Positions 1-40,625 of a DNA stretch of 64,000 nucleotides are shown here, in pieces; positions within the stretch are counted from its first letter, which is position 1, and every line of letters begins with the position of its first letter. The position numbers and the translations under genes are program-made. The stretch is taken from contig NC_083437.1 in the NCBI RefSeq assembly GCF_020745735.1, positions 25,606,001 through 25,670,000 of the forward strand. The letters are read 5' to 3'. This DNA is from Hemiscyllium ocellatum. Lineage: Eukaryota. The notes under the pieces were generated by a model, which saw nothing but the letters and a program-made list of their open reading frames with translations, was not told where the DNA came from and searched no databases.

Positions 1-17
1 TCAGTCTGTGAGCTGTA

Positions 18-23
18 TTTATT
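18..23 (-). terminator. Candidate polyadenylation signal (AATAAA) of the guanylate cyclase 3' UTR
   Basis: tttatt on + strand; AT-rich UTR-like sequence between here and the stop at 2043. Another AATAAA lies near 1973-1978. Confidence 0.3.
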
Positions 24-931
24 TATCATTCAGTGCATGACTTGTACATATAGACCATGCTGTTCAGTGCCACTTTGTTCAGAGGTATACTGAAAGTCAC
101 TGTCAGTTCAACAGTAACCAGAATTCTGTTTACACAAAATTAAAGGAAGCAACTTCATAAGCAAATTAAATATGTTTAAAGAAAGTTATTGCACAACAAA
201 CAAAGTTGACATAACTACATAATTGTCAGTAATTATAAAAAAAGCTGCACAGAATGAGACTTTCATATTTGCTTCATGAAATACCACATTGATAAACTAA
301 AGGTGACATATAGAACAGGATTTTAAAAAATCAGTTTTGAAAACGAAATAGATTAAATCAGAACAATTTATTTGTGGTACGTGCTGAGAATCAACTATCT
401 CCAAGTAACAATAGCAAGTACAAACACAAGAGGCACTTACGGAACACAGAAAGGTCATAAAACAGAATTTAATCAGCATTATGAAATGTGTGGTTTAATA
501 TCGAAGAACTGTAAAGCAAATATTTACTCAAAGACAACTGATTTTATAAAAATATCTGTTTTCACAAATTAACTATAAAGAATTCTAATGCAAATTTTGC
601 CAGTGTTAGAATTAAACAAGTTTCAAGTTGCAGTGGCTAGAACTTTAAAGCTTAAGCTTCTAGATTTGAAACTCTTATCTTCCTTACTCCGCTATTAGTC
701 AAAAGAAGTTGGAAGAAAGCAATCTAAGTGCAGCAATCTAAAGTTTCATACTCTGGGCGAGCTATTAGTCTTCAGCAAGAACAGAGTATGAAACTTTCAG
801 CTACATAGCAAATCACCAACATTTTTATAACATAGTTCAGTTGAGATGGATACAACTCACAATTAAATAGAATACAAGTATCAACAAATTGTATTGTTGG
901 CAGAGGGTATGTGTTGACATAGTCAATAGTA

Positions 932-1097
932 GAAAAGGTGTGTTGCTGGAAAACCACAGTCGGTCAGGCAGCATCTGAGGAGCAGGAGAGTCAATATTCT
1001 GAGCAATCCTGCTCTTCTGATGCTGCCTGACTGGCTGTGCTTTTTCAGCACCACACTTTTTGACTCTGATCTCCAGCATCTGCAGTCCTCACTTTGT
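932..1097. mobile_element. Fold-back (inverted pLTR) Penelope-derived short element
   Basis: Long inverted repeat homologous to 22806-22900; 14-bp TSD catagtcaatagta at 918-931 and 1098-1111. Confidence 0.8.
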
Positions 1098-1415
1098 CAT
1101 AGTCAATAGTATGTTAATTCATGGTAATCTAGTAGTTCTGGAACTAGACTATCAACCTAGACATGAGCTGAAATGCCACCATGTACGTTGTGAAATTGAA
1201 TTCAATTACCCAGGGAAGTGACCTAAGAAGCTGCCAGATCATTATTTAAAAAAACACAACTGGTTCATTGATATCCCTCAGGGAATGGAACCTGCAACCT
1301 CCACTCAGCCTGGACTACATCTAACACCAGTCCTATTTTACTGCAGTTACTTTGGCTTTGGGAGATAGTGTGAAACAGGGGATTCAAGTGCATGTTCTAT
1401 ATTCTTCAGTTTTAG

Positions 1416-1888
1416 GAGTCTTATAGTGTGGTGGTAGTGTCTTAGCCTCTAAACCAGAAGGCCTGGCTTCAAGTTCCACCTGATCCAGATATGTGTCTTA
1501 ACATCTCTGAGCAGGTTAATTAAGAGTAACTACATTCTTCTGTTTTTAGTGTCTTGTGATTCAATGTTAATGTCCCTACCTCTGAGACAGGAGGCCAGGT
1601 TTCAAGTTCTACCTGTCCCAGATGTGTGTCACACCATGTCTAAACAGGCTAATTAAAATAAATATATTCTCCAGTTTTAAATCTCCTTTGAAGTGGTGTA
1701 TAAAAATAACTAATTTGCTATTATCTATTTTAATATCCACAATCAAATGTATCACAAACCCCACAGAGCTCTTGTGGTACCTGGTGGTGTCCTTCCTGCC
1801 CTCCTGAGCCAGATAAACCTGGGTTCAAATCCCATCTGATCCAGAGGTGCATCATCATACATCTAAAAGGCTGATTACAAATATCTAC
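1416..1888 (+). mobile_element. Three short tRNA-derived SINE copies (about 1416-1525, 1549-1662, 1775-1888)
   Basis: Each has (t)ggtagtgtc...cctctga-ccag...ggttcaag/atcc...acctgatccagat...acatct...caggttaattaa; a fourth copy lies at about 12780-12855. Confidence 0.7.
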
Positions 1889-2042
1889 CGCAATCTCCAC
1901 AAAGTGAATATTAATTCCCTTAGGAATCACAAGTGGTCATTAAATACCACGCTGTGTACATTCCAAGTACAATTTATTTTGAAATGTCTAAAAAAAAACA
2001 ATAAACTTTAACAGATTTTCTAATTTTGGCTGTTTACCTTGG

Positions 2043-29644
<27,602 letters not shown>

Positions 29645-31024
29645 GGCTTTCCCGTTAGCGGAGGAGGGAGGCTGAACCCTCAGGGAGAGACCAGCCTCAA
29701 TTCTCCAGCTGGCTGCAGACATGAGCAAAGTACAGTGAGATGTGAGCCAACACGATACCCTGACACCCGCCGGAATCTCTCAGTACCACCTAGAGCCGGG
29801 TGAGGACGGGCCCTGGCATCACGGGACTTGAAACCGCCACCGGAGAACCTGCAGCTGGCGGAGGGTTAACCGAAACAGGGTCCTCCACTCGATGTGAGAG
29901 CGAATGAGAGGGAGAGAATCCCATGTGGCCAAATGGAGCCAATGAAGTCACCACCAGAGAGAGAGAGAGATGGAAGAATCTCCCGCCAGCTTCCAGCCCT
30001 CAGTCAAACCACCACCCCATCCCACCACCCCCCACTCCATCCCAAACCCCAGCTCCAGACAGTCCCGGAGTATGGAAACCAGACACTCGCCTGCCATGAG
30101 ACGTGGGAAGGTCACCTCTGGCTATTCCTTCAGAAACCATTTACCTCTTACCCAGGATTATCCTGGCCTTTCGTCTACCCCTCCACTCTTTGCGGATCTG
30201 CCTCTGCGTTTTGCCTTAGCTGCAGTTTAGGAAGAGAAGCGAATTCGTGGTTTTCGAAGGATTGGATTCGGAGCGAAACGAGCGATATCCGTTCAGTCGT
30301 TTCCCGTTGGTCTAATTGCGCGGCTTGTTCTCAGGCGGCAACTGAAGTGAGTTTCCGCTGCAGGTGTCAGGGAGAAAACTGCGGCTATCTAAGATTCATT
30401 CCCAACCTGCACGCTCTAATACTTCTTGTGCAAATAAATCGTTGCCAATCTCTCCCTCAGTACCACAATTAGCTCTCTCGAGTAATAAATTACATGCGTT
30501 CAGTTACACTCATCTCAAGCAGTTAAGATATACTTTGCAACTTTTTTAAAATGTTTAACCAGATAATAAAGACCATCTGACCTGACCATCCAGACTCCGT
30601 CCACCTGACAAAATCCTATGCCAGATGCATCCCATCCGGGAAACTTTCTGAAGTTTAAGGGGCTGCAAAATAACATTCCACCGACAAAGCATAGCACTTC
30701 ATACAAACATCATTTAATGATTCGTAGCCGACTTTTTGGAATAAAGTCTGTGAAAAAAAAATCCACCCGGTAAATAGGAAGAATTCCACTCTAGCCCTAT
30801 GTATCTGGTAAGGATTCGGCAGCCATTCCTGTCTACTTCCAGCCGTGGGAATTATTCTCCCCATTTCAGAGCGCCTTCCAAGTCCTTGGCTTCACCCAGA
30901 TAAGACCAACTGATAGATGGGAACACCACCACCTGCACGTTTCCCTCCAAGCTGCATACCATCCTGTGTTTATTCACTGTCACTGAGTCAAAATCCTGAA
31001 ACTCCTTCCATAACCGCTACGGGC

Positions 31025-31096
31025 ACCCTCCCCCCGCCCACCCCAACCCCCCCCCCCCCCGCCCACCCCAACCCCCCCCCCCCCCCCCCAACCCCA
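31025..31096 (+). repeat. Poly-C low-complexity tract
   Basis: Long C runs; a similar tract lies at 60430-60480. Confidence 0.85.
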
Positions 31097-32224
31097 GAGC
31101 TACAACAGTTCAGAAAGGCAGCTCCTCAGTTCGGTCTAAAGAGCGGTTTAGAGATGGAGAATAGTCAGAAAACTCCAAAAACCCATGAACGAGGTAAAAT
31201 GACACACTCGCCTGCATGGGCTGTTGTTATCGAATAGATAGTGTAATTTTCTTTAAGCGAACTTTGTTTTAACCTCTTAAAAATACAGGTAAGGAAAAGC
31301 TGACACTGACAATACACAAGACCTTATTAGAAAAATCTAAACCCTAGGATTAAATTATACATTTGAAAGGTACACAAAATTGGGAAAGTCTGTTTTTCAC
31401 CGTGTAAGCAAAGGGCAAGATACAATACACTTCAACTAGACCCGTTATTTCGGAGGAAAAGGTGTATTAAATATTGATCTTAACTGATCATGAGGTAGTT
31501 AGCTTAACATAAACAACAAGTGATACTTCAATTTACAAAACGTTACTTCCATTTACAAAGTCCCCTGTCATATATTACACCGCGAAAAGTAAAGAATAAA
31601 ATGCAAAAATATAAAGACGACAGTTTTCGATGAACTTCAAGTTTATGAAGGCGCGGGCTGTCCAGGAGAAAATTCACAAATGTTTCTGAAGATAAACTGT
31701 TAGAATGGAGTAGTGGCCAAACTTAAATCGAGACTGAAACATCAGTCCTAGCTCTATACCTGTACCCAGTGTTCAATAGGTGCTGGAAGGGAACTGGCAT
31801 TTACAGTAAAAGCGTGAACTATGAGAGTAATTTGTCCTATCAGCATCATGGAGCAATATGTGACAACATCGACCTCCACCGAACTTGTGCTTTTATGATT
31901 AAACCTGAAAAGTGGACTCACCTTCAACCATTTTATGCAGTGAGCCATCCGCTGTATAATTTCCGAGTTTGTGACCGAAATTGAATATTCATTCTGTTGT
32001 GCAATTGGAGATCAACTTGTTTGTTCTGACGACGCAGCATTTTACCAGAGGTCCTTTTGATGTTCGGAAATGGAGAGGACGATACAAAGAGAGTCCACCT
32101 GAGACCTACTCATATTCAGAGCCAGACAAGATGCTGCAGAGGGGAAGTCTGATGGAGTCGCTGCCAACAGGCAGAATCCTCGCCCGATTCCATCAGTTGC
32201 TCTCATACACAGTATCCGAATACT

Positions 32225-32376
32225 AAAAGACATCTGGATGAGTATATAAATAAGGGTTTAAGAGGGACATGGGCCAAGTGCTGGCAAATGGGACTAGATT
32301 AGGTTAGGATTTCTGGTCGGCATGGACGAGTTGGACCGAAGGGTCTGTTTCCGTGCTGTTTCCATCTCTATGACTC
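32225..32376 (+). mobile_element. CR1/HER1-like 3' end
   Basis: Same tail as 16335-16480. Confidence 0.8.
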
Positions 32377-33074
32377 AGCTAAGCTGCTCCTCCAGCACTT
32401 AAACAAACATCCACTTGGAACGTGTAGGTGTTCAGTTGGACCCCAGCTAGAGCACTGTGCACACTTTGGGTTTCATTTAAGGAATAACATAGTGACCAAG
32501 AACAGTGAAGATTCAATGGGACATTGACAGGGATAGGGAGTCACACTCATAAAGAGAAATTCGATACGTTTGCTGAGGGGTGCCTGTTAGAGTATGACCA
32601 CAGAGACAGATAAACATTGTTTCTACCCCCTAAAGGATTGGCAGGAAGAGGTGATAGTGAATAGAGTTAAATAGGGACCTTCAAAGCACACAGGGTGGCT
32701 ACAATGTGGGATTCTATTTTTGTTCTATTTAACCTATTTTTTTTCTCTCTGATCAGCCTATGCAGACCTCCGGAGCAGATATGACCTGAAGCCGGGCCTT
32801 CCTGTCCAAAGATAGGGACATTACTATTGTGAAAGCAGAGTCCAAAACACCTTGACATGAGAATGAGCTTGACAGTATGGAATACTAAAGGCTTCGCTGA
32901 ATGAGCAGGAGCAGGGGAGGACCAGGCAGAGTGGCTCGGGAGAGATGAAACAAAGAACGGCGGATGTTGGGAATCTGAAACAAAAGCAGAAAGTGCTGAA
33001 GAAATCCAACAGTATCTGTGGAGAGAAAAATAGAGTTAACGTTATGAGTGATGTGATTCTTCCTCAGCATTGAT

Positions 33075-33360
33075 GAGGGGGAAACGTTTTCTCGTAGTAC
33101 AGGAGGCAATAACCATGGGACACGGCTTTAAGGTAAGGGACAGGTTTAGAGGGAATTTGAAGGGGTATCCCTTCACCCACAGGACTGTGGCTATCACCGC
33201 CTAAAATGATGGTAGATGCGGGAACACCAACGACAGTTAAGAAGTATTTTGACGAACACTTGAAACGCCATTGAGTCCAAGGCCGAGTGATAGAAAATGG
33301 AACTATAAGAGATGAGTATTTGATGACCGACACGGCCGCGATGGGCTGAAGGGCCTCTTT
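33075..33360 (+). mobile_element. CR1-like 3' end, diverged
   Basis: accatgggacacggctttaaggtaaggg...gggctgaagggcctc. Confidence 0.6.
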
Positions 33361-36300
33361 TTTTTCCCCTTTTTAATATTTCCCCCATAGCTTATCTTTC
33401 CCCAGCACCCATTTTGTGAAGGGCTTCTTTATGCTGTAAAAAAACACGGATGGATTTAAGTGGGCGTTCATCAAAAAGAAACCCTCGGAGCTTCCTCGTT
33501 AATGCGGTCGCTTTCTATTGGAACGAAATCGATTGGTCCGAGTAACAGGAATAGGGTCATATTTATAACATTTGTGCAAGTCCATTCCAGAGTAGATCCA
33601 CCCTCCCGGCTGCCTGACGATGATTTATTGACAGTGATGGCGATGAGCAATTATTCTGCCACTGACGGTTAGGCCTCATGCTAAAAAAAATCTTTCTCAC
33701 GCTTTTATATAATTCCTGATTTCAGGTCGACACGGGCCGTTGCTCATGCAAAATTATTTGTGAATTTTATCAAAACTGGAGAAGATGTATCGCAGCCGCA
33801 ACAATGTAACTGGGAGGGAGCGTCGCTCGGATTGTCACGAACGTACCTTCCCGAGTGAGTTTCTACCAGTGACTAGAGTCCGGGGTGAAAAGCTGCAGTA
33901 TTATTTCATTTCTGACAGCCCTTTAAATGTAAAGGCTGCGATTAATGTGAAGCACAATGCACGGAGAAGAACGCTTTGGCCAGTATAGAGGGGTCTTGGC
34001 ATGCCCACGCACTCTTCATCTGTCTTCTTTGCTTCGACAACCACACATTGAGTCGGTTTCTAGGAGCACGTTTGTGTCACTAACTCTCTAATGTAGCTTT
34101 CTAACTAGAGAATCCAGTTTGTGACAACACTGCATACTAACCGCTCTTTTCTGTTACCTACAATTATAATCAGACTTTATTTCATGACAAGAAGATAGGT
34201 AATAGAGTAAAAAGTAAACATGTATTTTCTAATCCACTGCTGATCACCAATGGGACAGTCTCGTGGTCTTTCGCGTCTTAGCAGAAAAACGCCAATCAGT
34301 TTAATCTTATCACACCTCCTGCTTGATTTCAAAACATATCTGCAACAAAAAAATGTTGAGATGTGCAAAAAAGGTTGCAGATAGATTTCAACAGCAGTAA
34401 ATGTGATATACTCAAAAACAATTAAAGAAGTCATTCTCTACTGAGGAAAGGCTGGTGATAGGGATTTGGAGATTCAGGTTTACAGTCTTAAATGTACACT
34501 GCCATGAATTAGGCCATAAATAAAGAATACGGAGGTGAACAACAAATTAACTAGATATACCCCAGTAAGACCCTGACTGAAGACTGAAGTTTTGAGTTCC
34601 ACACTATAGGAAAAATGTTGTGATTTTATATTTACATATGTAAAAGAAGACTACTGAGGTAGATGGCTAGCTTGTAGGATCACCACTAATTCAGAATCTG
34701 GTTTCCAGCATCTACAGTCATTGTTTTTACCAGCTTGTAGGATCACATTAATGCCAGCAGCATAGGGTTCAGTGTGGCTGAAATAAGCTTGGAAACTGTA
34801 TCCTCACGCTACCAGTGCCTACATAAAATCACAGCCTTTTGGCCATGGTTCAGGAACTAATCCCAAGGATTTAGCTTCAGACAGAGAACTGAAGATACGT
34901 ACACACCAGCCATCATTCAGTGAATCAGTGCGATAATATCCAAAACTTTCTCAGGTCAGGACAGGGCAAATGGAGAAAATTGCCCTCAGCTCTTTTAAAT
35001 TGAAAGCAAAGCTTCCTCTAAAACAAAGAACTGTAGCTGCTGGATATCTGAAACAAAAACAGAAATTGCTGGCAAAACACAGCTGATCTGGTAGCAGCTG
35101 TGGGAAGAAAGCAGAGTCCAGTGACTCTTCATCAGAACTGTTAGCAGCTAGGAAATAGAATAGTATTTGTGCTGAAGATTAAGTTGGGGTGGATGGTAGC
35201 TAAGAGAAGGAGCAAGTTGATAGGCTGTGAAGTCCAGAGAGACAGAGACAGAAATGAAAAATTCTCTCTACTCTTAGCTTCTATTATCACTTATTCATCT
35301 TTTCTCCTTTCCTGGCCTGCTATCTAAAATCTCCTTATTTACCTACTCCTTTTATTGCTCTCTCACTACACACCATCTCCACACCCCCAAACTTTGTCAT
35401 CAGCCTAAATACCACTTTTCCCTAGCTGCTGACTGTTCTGATAAAGAGTTGATGGACCTGAAACATTAACTGTGCTTTCTTCCAACAGATGTTGCCAGAT
35501 ATGCTCAGTTTCTCCAGCAATTTGTTTTTTGTTGTAAAGATTTCAATATTCTTCTCAAATGAAAAGTAAAGCTTTCATTTTCACTGTCTTCATCAAACAC
35601 TCCTAGGATAAGGTCAGCACGGCGTTAGATACGGCGTAAAGCTTCTTCTACTCTTTTGAAGCAGAAAGCTCCTACGACACTGCCTCATTATTCCAGACTA
35701 TCATTGGGGTATGAATATACTAACCCAACTGTCATTGTTCATAGTGAGATTAGGTTGAGAGTTGATGTTTACAACTGTAGGATGCATCACATCTGATCCT
35801 GACTTTACCCAACATTCATACGTCTAATCTGCCTGACATGTGCTACTCAGTGCAGATCTGGATTCTAAACCTTGGCTCATTCCCCGTTCCCTAATCAAGG
35901 ATACAGAACCCACATCTAGTTACCTCTGAGTAAGTGCCTTGACCAAGGAGTGAGGATTGAAACCAGCATCTCTGATTAACAGCCTCAATTATTGAGCAAG
36001 TGGAAACTATCCTTCACTGTTCATAAATGGTAGCAATTGTACGACTGATTCCACTTTAATTGCTGCTGTTAATGTCTTGGTGAGTTAAACCAACATTTGA
36101 TGCTACAGAAATAATGCAGGTAGTTTTGGCCATTGTGCATGAGAAGTTCTGTAACACACTTAACTGAGAGTTACAGCCTCCCACAGGATGCAACAACAGC
36201 AAATGACACCTGGATAATTCATCACTATCACTTACTGAAGTACAAAATTTACACTGAAAAGTACAAAATATATTTAAATCTACCAGTGGTGGCAATTTTG

Positions 36301-39300
36301 TTCATAAAATATCTTAAAATAGCCAGAAAAAGGATGTAACTAGTTCTCAATCAATCCAAAGTTTAATTCATGTGTCACAATGATGGCATTTACTTCAAAC
36401 CGTGAACAGCATCATTACAAAATCCCACAGCAATATCACCCCACAACATTATTTCAATCAGAAACAATTTCCCACAGTTCTCTCCCTAAATGACAGTTTT
36501 GAATCTGATAAACAAAGGCCACATAACCGATTCAGAAAAGTATTCCCTCACTCCCTAGCCCATATACTGCTCGAAAACACAAGGTGATTTCACTAGAGAT
36601 AACAAAGTTTCATGGTTCTCTGTCTGGAATACCAGTTCAATGTCAGTTAGGTGACAAATGACAGCTTTGTTGCAGGTTATCTAATATCCAGTGTTTAATG
36701 CAATTTCACATTCTTTTAGCAAATAAATTAATGCACTGCCATTTTTTTTTAATAAAAGAAAGAACAAAAGGGATCTGTTTGTAGTTGCAGTCTCACCCGA
36801 TGCTGATGGCCACATCACCTTCTAATCCTTAAGCCTACAGGTGTCAACAGCCACACAAGATCATGATGAAACAGGATAAGAACCATTTCATGGCATGATT
36901 TCGATATCCTGTTTAATTGACAAAGAGAAAACTGTAACCAACATACTTGAAAACTTGTCAAACTTTCAGACTGCAAAAAGCAATTCACCCAAGCCAGAAT
37001 CCAACAGGAAAACAGATCAAAAAGCCAAGTGAACACAAAAATACTGACTGTGGCCCTCGGTAAACATGATCAAGGTAGCAATAGAGCAGGACAGTAACAA
37101 AGAATAGCATTATTAAAGGCAGCAATAATGGATGTACTTAGAGCAGTAACATTCAATGGTATGAACCATAGGACAGTGACAATGGAAAACACTAACAATT
37201 GGGATAATAATAATGAACAGAACTAAGGACAGTTGCGAAGTACAGCAAGAATATTCAGGGCCATTTTAATGCAAAGAGTTAATAACCTAGGGGCTAAATG
37301 TTAGGTCTTAATAATCAGGAGTAACATGGATATTAATAAACAGGGGATGAAAATTAAAAGGTACTAACAGTCCCCAATCCAGTTTGATAGTTATTTGACA
37401 CAGACTATCCCATAACCTGGGTTTGTTTAACCACACTGATCTCAAGCCCATGCATGCTGCTTTGTACACAGCCCAAGAGAGCACCACAGGCAAAGTGAAT
37501 GAGAAACTATTCATCTGATTCTTCCCAAGATGGGGACATGCTTCATTTGCTTTTGACTGTAACCTGAACAGCAGACCAAGTGGCTGCAGGGTGGTTGGGG
37601 GGCACTCACTGGGATTGGACAATTTCAAACTAAGCAGCACATAATGTGGGCAGAATGAAGATTCTGCATCATGTCAGATAGTTTTAAAAAATCCTTACAC
37701 ACTATAGCGGGAGACAATAAAAGTGGAAAACAGCAGCCCTCATGTAAATTAATCCCAGAACTGGTTTGATGGTTTGTTTGTTTCTATCTGTTCTCCAGCT
37801 GCTACTAAATAAACAGGGTTTTGTTTAAACTAGTCTGAAGTGCAAGTAAGTATGTCTATGTCACAGAACTCAGGATCTCCTTGAAATAACAGTCACTAGC
37901 ACAATAGTACTTTCTATGTACTTGCTGGTACAGAAACTACTTGTTTGCTCTTGAGCCAAAATATTGCCTTTTATCCCATGATCCACCGAGAGGCGGAAGA
38001 ACAGAGTAGATTATAAAAGTCTCATCGGCAAAGTATAGCTCCAGTGACACCCGAGAACACAGCAACTTCAGAGCATGGTTTATTGTGAATTAATAGAGTG
38101 ATTGGGAATATTATAGTCACCAGCCTGATCCTTTGCAAACTTCATGCCCCAAGTCAGGTCACTTATAAACTCTGAAATAATGAATACAACCCTCAGAGCA
38201 TTCCCACACAAGCACAGTTTACAAATAAATCAATAAAAACTCACATCTACCGACAGGAGGTAAAATCATTCACCTCTACCCAAGAGTTCTCAGCAAATTC
38301 TGACCAAAGGGAATACTAAGGAACAGTGAGTCTGGGATGTGGGTGAATCCGTTGTTGAGGGGAGGGTTTGATGCTGTTGGTGGAGTGTGGTTTCATACCA
38401 TGTCATGAACATCTGCTGTACCAAATAAGTGCCCATTGATTTTTTGCTGATTAACACCAGACTAATGAATCAAGAGAGATAGTAGTGAAGCTGGCTATTC
38501 AACTGTGGAGACACCCTATTAAGACCCGTAATCTGTTTCCTCCTGTTGTTTACAGGCACTAACAGTCATGCATAGTGATCCCAGGCGCTGGAAACTGAAT
38601 GTTGGTGCCTGCTGAGCTGGATGTCTTGAAAGCTCACCTGCGATACTCATTGACATCCAGTCCTTTCTGCTCAGTCCAATCATTGTCCTATTTCACAGTA
38701 CAGTTTCTTTTTCAGTAAAAGATCAAAGTGAAATGTTTTAGGTTTCCTGGTGTAGGAAAGACAAACTCATTAAGGTTCACTCTCTCTGTAACAGTCACAA
38801 CCAAACTTTGTGGACTCAAATAGCTCTGTTTGAACAGCATGGTTGCTGGCAGGGTCCATCACATTCCCACCCACTCCAAAACTCTGCATGCTCACATGAG
38901 AAAGAATGAACCAGAACATGTCTCAGGGATTGTGTTGACACTGATTAACCACAGGTATACTTTCCAATTTTATATTAAAATTTACACTTGCCATCTCTGC
39001 ATTCTGTATAGATTTCACACTGGTTCAGGAAATCACTTCAGAGACTGAAATTGTTCTGAATTTAGAGGAGGCTTGGTGAAATATGACTGAGTCTTAACTA
39101 AGCTGTAAAGCAGGACCCTGTCAGATTGGACTGAAGCAAAAGACAACAGTCAGGCACCAATTCATGCTGCATGTGCTCAGATTCCATTCTGCACAGTCAA
39201 TACCCACTCAGGCTCCCACTGTTCACCTTCAGAGCCATGAAAAGTAACTGGTGTCACAAAACAGTTCTTCAATTTGGACATTGCTTCAAATCAGTCCGAA

Positions 39301-39765
39301 ATTATTTGTCTCATTTGGTCTGCCCTTACATCAAATCTCCCAAAACATAATGCTGAGAGAGCAGGAAGGATTCCCTTCACCTGCACTCTGTCCAGATACC
39401 ACACTTAAAACAATGAGCTCTGATAAAGCTACTTTATCAAGTATTTTGCATTGATAATTTTTCAGTGGGTATAACTGAGCCAGGCACGCGGGCACACACA
39501 CACACATATACAAGCTTTGATTCTGCTCAACCTAAAATTTGTAGTGCAAACTAAAAAATTGATTTATGTCAGGAAGCATATTGTTCCAAGTTTGAATCAG
39601 GGTCTTGTGCTGGCAACAAAGATTAAAAGTCTCACCAGAAAGAAAAACAAATCTCCTTTAGCACCACAGACCCACAGGCATTCCCATCTCAGAGAAAGAT
39701 TGTTAGAGTCGGAATGTAGCATGGCTCCCAACTAGCAAGCAGAGATGGGGAGTCCCACTGAAGAT

Positions 39766-40625
39766 TTATACCTTACTCCTGAATATGGGCTTGGCGCCTG
39801 GGCCGCAGTATTCGTTGTAGATGAGTTTGAAGAGGAAGAGGTGGAACAAGGTGATGAGTGATGCCACACTGAACCAGAAGAGGAAGGGGAGACCTGGGTA
39901 CTGTTCAGCCATGTGATCCTCATGAGCAAGGATTGCCTTCAGGTGGAGTGTGTGTCTCAGTGCTTGCAGGTGGGTCAGGTCAGTCGAGATGTACAGCAAG
40001 GGAGTGATGGGACGTGTTACCATGACAGGAAATATATGACCTTTAATCTCCGAAGTCAGTTCCACTGGATCGTTCATGCAGCCTGCCTCACAGCCATACA
40101 GTTTGACTGGTTTGTCCTGAGGTTTGACAGAGACATGAAGAAAAGGTTTGTTCTCCCCTTCCAATAACACTGCTAGGTTGATAAGGTCCTTGTTATAATG
40201 AATCCCTCGCAGCAGGTAGCTGTTGTGCAGGACAGAGGGATCAGCCTGGAACTGCAGATGGTTTTCTGTAAACTGTAGGCCCCCAAAGCTCATGACCATC
40301 CCTTGAAGCATGCCATGTGAGCCAGCTGCCAATAAGCTTCTGCAGCCTCGTTTCTGCAGTGTGAGTCTCCACAGGTTAGTGAGCTGCAGCAAGCGAACTA
40401 CATTAGAAATCTCCTCGGGCCACAGGTTCTCTGCATGCATTGTGGCATGGCCACTGAAGCAATGATCTGCATAATTCAGGTTGGCCTCTAGTTTCTCCCG
40501 TTCTTCAGCCCCACTCCGCACATCCAGGAGAGGAGCTGCTGACATGGAAAGAACATAGAAGAGGGTTCTGTTCACAGTCACACTGGAAGGGGTGTGCAAA
40601 TCAGTGATCTTCTTCATTTCCACGC
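39766..40625 (-). CDS. KIAA2013: KIAA2013 coding exon 2
   Basis: Acceptor ttttctgttccag|GC GTG GAA ATG. Ends RSK GTA TAA, either read through to the stop at 39766 or spliced at a donor after 39772. Confidence 0.93.

Noticed and set aside
29894-30472. 192-aa plus-strand ORF
   Set aside because: Non-ATG start, no recognisable domain, lies in the CpG-rich promoter region.
37860-39060. Candidate third coding exon of KIAA2013
   Set aside because: Several AG sites give short peptides but none resembles the expected tail convincingly.
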